This document shows positions 59,444 through 64,000 of a DNA stretch of 64,000 bases, piece after piece; the stretch's first letter is position 1; each line of letters opens with the position of its first letter. The DNA comes from Strigamia acuminata. Lineage: Eukaryota. A program made the position numbers and the translations under genes. A model generated the notes under the pieces. That model was not told where the DNA came from. It searched no databases and was given only the letters and a program-made list of their open reading frames with translations. The stretch lies in the NCBI GenBank assembly GCA_949358305.1, contig OX442314.1, forward strand, positions 23,994,001 through 24,058,000. Direction: 5' to 3'.

Positions 59444-60779
59444 ACTGGGGTTGGGACATAAAAACCTTCAATTGTGTGTTCCAGGTCAGGCTCAGTCATC
59501 GCAGGAGTTGCAGAAGGGCACGGTTAAGTATTAAGTTAGATTATCGCACTTGTAGATGTCAAGCCAGCTATAGCATATTACATATGAATGTATGAGATGA
59601 TTTCATTGTGTCTGTTTATAGTAGTTTTTGGGTTTTACAAGTAAATGGCAATTAAAATCCTTTAATTGTCAATAAATCAAACTTCTCCTTAAACCCCTTT
59701 AAACCCTCGCCTGGAAACACTACAAGAATTAGAAGTTCGTTCCTGATCTAACTTTTTGGGCAGTCATTTTGAATGTGCTTGTAAAAACTAAAATCAGGCA
59801 AAACCCACTATAAAATCTACTCTATAGTTCTATTTTCTACTTTGGTAGTTTTTATGTCCATTCTATTATATAAACAGCAAATTAGAATGTTGTTGTTGCC
59901 AAGTTCTGTGTTTGTACAAATGAAAACGTAATAATAAAAAAAAATCCTTTTTCTTTCGCTCCAATTTTTAAGTTGTTAGTGACAAAATGAGTGAAATCCA
60001 CTTACAGTAACGGATCTACAGATATAATATATTGGTTTCCTTGACTGAAAAAAGACGACTGCAAACTCCAATTTGATCCCAAGTTGATACGAAAAACTCC
60101 GTGCGGAAATTGATGTGTCCCACCAGACAGCCACAATAATTCGATATCACTCAAAATAGTACCCCAGAGACACATGCCAAGCAAACTCGTACGGTTGAAA
60201 TATGTGAGAAAAGCGTCTTGACAAGAGCAACAGATGATTTAATGCCAGATAAGCAAAATTCAAGACAGCCCTTCACCAACTTCAATCATTTCTACTTGAT
60301 TACTTGATGAAAGCAATCGCATTTCATTCCACATTCGTTTTCTCTCAAATTTCACATTTCCAAAACTCAAAAATCATTCAGTTGCACTGCAATAATAATA
60401 ACATTATTTATTGTGTATTTTTATTCCTGTTCAAAATCGAAATACACGATTTTTTAAATATATTTCAAACAAAATAAAATTATCTGAAAAATATTCACAT
60501 AGCGACCTGAACACTAATACTATCAATATGAAAATTCCTTCATCATTTCCCAAATTTACAATCTCTTTTCAAGAATTTTAAATTTCCATATAAATTAAGT
60601 GTTATCGCCTCAAATGGAGTTTTTTTTTAAGTTTGTTAGTCAATCGACAGATTCAGTCAAACACTATAGAAATTAAATAACAAAAAATAACAAAATAAAG
60701 AGTTCAGGTTGTAACGACGGACGAATGGACACTGACGGTACCAAAAATGATAAAAACAAAGGAACACACAGGATTATAA

Positions 60780-61016
60780 TTAAATGTGAATGACTTCCAG
60801 CGCCTGGAGAGAGGACAGAATGATGTAAATCAACCAAAGAACCAAACAAAAGAAACCGCACAGATATTTAGGTACGGTAGGACCGCCCAATTCAGCTTTG
60901 CCGAAATAGGACAATTTTCGACGTAGTAGTAGCACAACAATGCAGAGCGTTGACGCAATAGTATAACAGCCAACACTGAAGGACAAAGAACCAGCTTCGA
61001 CACGAAACTTTTCGTT
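60780..61016 (-). CDS. Calx: Na+/Ca2+ exchanger (SLC8/NCX) last coding exon
   Basis: NEKFRVEAGSLSFSV...LLRRK...AELGGP...LWLIYIILSSLQA, the NCX C-terminus; stop at 60780. Confidence 0.93.
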   Translation of the reverse strand, partial: NEKFRVEAGSLSFSVGCYTIASTLCIVVLLLRRKLSYFGKAELGGPTVPKYLCGFFCLVLWLIYIILSSLQALEVIHI

Positions 61017-61105
61017 CTGACAGAAAAGCAAACAAATTCAAACACATTTCAATTTCACATTAGACACAAATTTGTTTTTAAAAAAAAAAAAAATTAAATT
61101 TTTAC

Positions 61106-61284
61106 CTTTGTAAACCAGTAAATACTCGAAATCACCCATGGGAGGCCCAAGCCTAAGAATACGTTTACGGAGTTACTCCCGGTTACATTCCCAATTGCGC
61201 TATCAGCATATTTCTCTTGCCGAGCTGCTGCTTTACTTGCAAATAAATCGGGTAAACTCGTACCGGCAGCTACAAATGTAATAG
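61106..61284 (-). CDS. Calx: Na+/Ca2+ exchanger exon (alpha-2 repeat)
   Basis: [18 protein letters not shown]...[25 protein letters not shown]. Confidence 0.96.
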
Positions 61285-61375
61285 CTAAAAAAAAAAATAA
61301 AGAAATGAATGAATAAATGATTGCTAAACCAATAGTCCCTTGATTTGTAGTATCAAAATTTATAGTAGTCTAGAG

Positions 61376-61704
61376 CAGCGTTTCCCAAACGGTGAGGCCC
61401 TAGAATAGTGCACTTGTCTTGTCGTCTATAAGAGTCTATTCTATCTAGACAATACAAAACTGCCAAATTCAAATCCATTTCAGTTTGTGTGCTCAATTCT
61501 ATTATGGATAAATGGCTGATAAATAAGCCTTCATGCTCAAAAAATTATATGTAAAATTGTACAAAATTGTATGCAATATTATATAAAAATTTCTTTTTTC
61601 TTTTTAGTAGTTCATTTTTGAAAAATTTAATGCACCGATAGATGAAGTGGGGCGCGTTATTGCTTAAAAATGGGGCGCGATGCTAAAAAGTTTGGGAACC
61701 CCTG
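61376..61704. mobile_element. hAT (Charlie/Buster-type) MITE in an NCX intron
   Basis: Perfect 8-bp TSD GTCTAGAG (61368-61375 and 61705-61712); CAGCGTTTCCCAAAC / GTTTGGGAACCCCTG TIRs. Confidence 0.9.
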
Positions 61705-62063
61705 GTCTAGAGTTTTGGTAGGAAATAGTAAACTACGCAATTGTAAACAGAGTTTATCGGCATGCCAGTAATACTCGCACTATACCGGCATGCGGCAATA
61801 AGCGAGGTAATACGTTATGGTCTGAACTTATTCACAGCCCAAACACCTAGACATTCCAACTCTGAAGCGCTATAGTTAACCTCAGCACCTTGCAGAGTGC
61901 AACTAGCTTTGACTACGATTGCGTATTTCCTTTGGACGCAATGGCTAATCCGTTTATCTGTACCAGTTTCTATGCAACCGCAATACTACTGAAAACATTG
62001 TTTTCATCCAAACTTTTGACGGAGAGATTTTATTTGAGTGGGTGCTTGTATTGGATGCTGTAC

Positions 62064-62214
62064 CTGTAATGCTATCTGGCAGACCAACTAATTTTCCAAA
62101 ATGACTGGCTAAGTCTCCAATAATTGCAGTTAATAAACCTATCATTCCCAATGAAAAAACGAAGCACAGCCAACCACCTAGCAATGACGGAGGAGGAACC
62201 AGAGCAAACAGCAC
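62064..62214 (-). CDS. Calx: Na+/Ca2+ exchanger exon (TM segments)
   Basis: VLFALVPPPSLLGGWLCFVFSLGMIGLLTAIIGDLASHFGKLVGLPDSIT. Confidence 0.95.
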
Positions 62215-62276
62215 CTATAAAACAAAAATAAAAACATGTCAAACATTATTTTATTTAAATCAATAACTATTTATAC

Positions 62277-62455
62277 CTTCCAGCCAAAAGTAAGCAGATG
62301 AAGGACATAGTCTGTCCAAGAAGCATTTTCCAAGTCGCCACCATTGGGTACCATTGCAGATTTAAATTGCTGGGCCCAAGTCTCGCTTTCGACTCGAATA
62401 AGGTCCATGTTTGCGTTTGTCATCATCATCATTTTGTTCATGACTGAATTAAAAG
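62277..62455 (-). CDS. Calx: Na+/Ca2+ exchanger exon
   Basis: ...ESETWAQQFKSAM...DYVLHLLTFGWK; AG and GT boundaries in phase. Confidence 0.93.
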
Positions 62456-62530
62456 CTATTTTAAGATAGAAAAAGAAAAAGATAATTTAGAAAACGAAAA
62501 GCAAAATTTCGATTTTTTTGTCTTTATTAC

Positions 62531-62675
62531 TGTCATCGTTGGTGATTGTAACAGTAATTCGATTAGTATTGCCTAACTGGGCTCCGCCTGTCGGCTCAAA
62601 TAATTCTATTTCAAAATGTTCATCTTTTTCTGGATCCATGTCATTGATGACTGGAATTTCAATATTCAGCTCCAA
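62531..62675 (-). CDS. Calx: Na+/Ca2+ exchanger exon (Calx-beta 2 C-terminus)
   Basis: LELNIEIPVINDMDPEKDEHFEIELFEPTGGAQLG...VTITNDD. Confidence 0.92.
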
Positions 62676-63194
62676 CTGATAAAAAATAATCATTTAATCA
62701 AGTATTAGACACTTATACGAGCACAAATCACTTCTTTAACGTGTAAAACAAGTCAATTTCACACACAAAACGCAAAAACGTCTAAAACTAATAAATTCGT
62801 GCCGGTTTTTAATTACTCGTTAACTATCAACTACAAAATCAGTACTGCATTCAAAAATTAAAATATTTTGTGTTTTACTTCAATTTTAAAGCAAAAATGA
62901 CATCATTTCCTATCCAACTTAAAATACTAAAATTGTATTTTTATTTTTGAATGCAGCTACTGAAAACGATTCGATGTGACACCCAAATCCATACGAATTT
63001 ACCAAGTTTTTTATCACGTTTTTATCTCAATCAATAATTTTTAAAGTACCACTTATGCTACGCTGATTATCGTGATAATTAACACTTTAACGGTTTAAAA
63101 CCCAACAGAGTCTAATAAATCAAACCCCATTCACAACACACTCAATTATCAACAACCAATGTAACACTCGTGTTAATACAATTGAATAAATCAC

Positions 63195-63388
63195 CTCTCC
63201 GTGTTTGAAAAGAAGTTCACCTTTACCGCCTTCAAAATCTTGGCCATTAATAGCAGACTTATCTATTGTCCTCCACTGAACTGACACATCACCATCAGCT
63301 CCATTTTTCCTAATCACAGGTATTAAAGCTACGCCGACACTTTCCTCAATTAGCAACCCTCTCTTCTTAAATTGTAATATTCCAGGCT
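63195..63388 (-). CDS. Calx: Na+/Ca2+ exchanger exon (Calx-beta 2 N-terminus)
   Basis: EPGILQF...EESVG...VIRKNGADGDVSVQWRTIDKSAINGQDF...LLFKHGE. Confidence 0.93.
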
Positions 63389-63446
63389 CTAAAACAAAAA
63401 TTTAAATCTTATTCATAAATAATTAATTGAAAACACTCTCAATTAC

Positions 63447-63682
63447 CATCATCATTCAATATAACAATCTCCATGATGCTCACACGACCCAAAACAACTT
63501 CCTCTTCCATTCCTGTTGGAACACTTATCCGTAGAAAAAATTCTTCATCCGGCTCCCATGCATTGTCATCAATAATTTCTACTTCAACTTCTTTTTCCAC
63601 TTCATTGGGTTCGAATGCAACAATCTGATTAATAGGTACATAATCTTCTTCAGCTACTGCGGCTCCATCGATTGTCTCCACT
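63447..63682 (-). CDS. Calx: Na+/Ca2+ exchanger exon (Calx-beta 1); gene continues off the right edge
   Basis: VETIDGAAVAEEDY...FEPNEVEKEVEVEIIDDNAWEPDEEFFLRI...IVILNDD. Confidence 0.93.
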
Positions 63683-64000
63683 CTGTAATTAAATGCAGGT
63701 TTTAATTAACGACCGATTCCATTTTCGCATGTAAACGTCCTATCGCCTTCATTTTGTACTTCATCAACAAGGCGATAAAATAAACATGTTTTATAAGTTT
63801 TTAAAACAGCAAACTTATCTACAAAAACAGTTCATGTTTTGATTCACAGCATGAGCAAATATTGCCACAGAAATGCGGTTTAAACCAATAAACAAATCAC
63901 TTTCAGCCGAAAAAAACACAATTTAGTAAGCAGAAATATCCCATACCCCTGACAGCTGTTGGGCATTTTATCTTTACCAGTATACTTGAAATTGCTTAAT

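Overview
AT-rich animal genomic DNA, probably arthropod. Two intron-rich host genes lie on the minus strand. One is the 5' half of an NMDA receptor GluN2 gene (Nmdar2; 9 coding exons, 52802 to 606, continuing off the left edge). The other is the 3' half of a Na+/Ca2+ exchanger (Calx/NCX; 7 exons, 63682 to 60780). Nmdar2 intron 2 (about 37 kb) holds an intact 14.5-kb Ty3/Gypsy LTR retrotransposon (6522-21016; 672-bp LTRs with no mismatch seen by eye, TTCT TSD, tRNA-Arg-like PBS, candidate -1 frameshift). It carries a 924-aa non-env third ORF with a DnaJ-type zinc finger, a roughly 480-aa Pol insert with SxIP and AT-hook motifs, and a TGCGC-rich 3' region. Nmdar2 intron 1 holds a complete DIRS1-like tyrosine-recombinase retrotransposon (47071-52274; ITRs, ICR, AATT junctions). 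Its coding regions appear to be interrupted by three 60-62-nt spliceosomal introns, placed so that alternative splicing could give Gag, Gag-Pol or Gag-YR. Several MITEs (Tc1/mariner, pogo-like, hAT), a deleted MULE and two minisatellites are also present. All splice, frameshift and function calls were made by eye from the sequence and need RNA or database confirmation.
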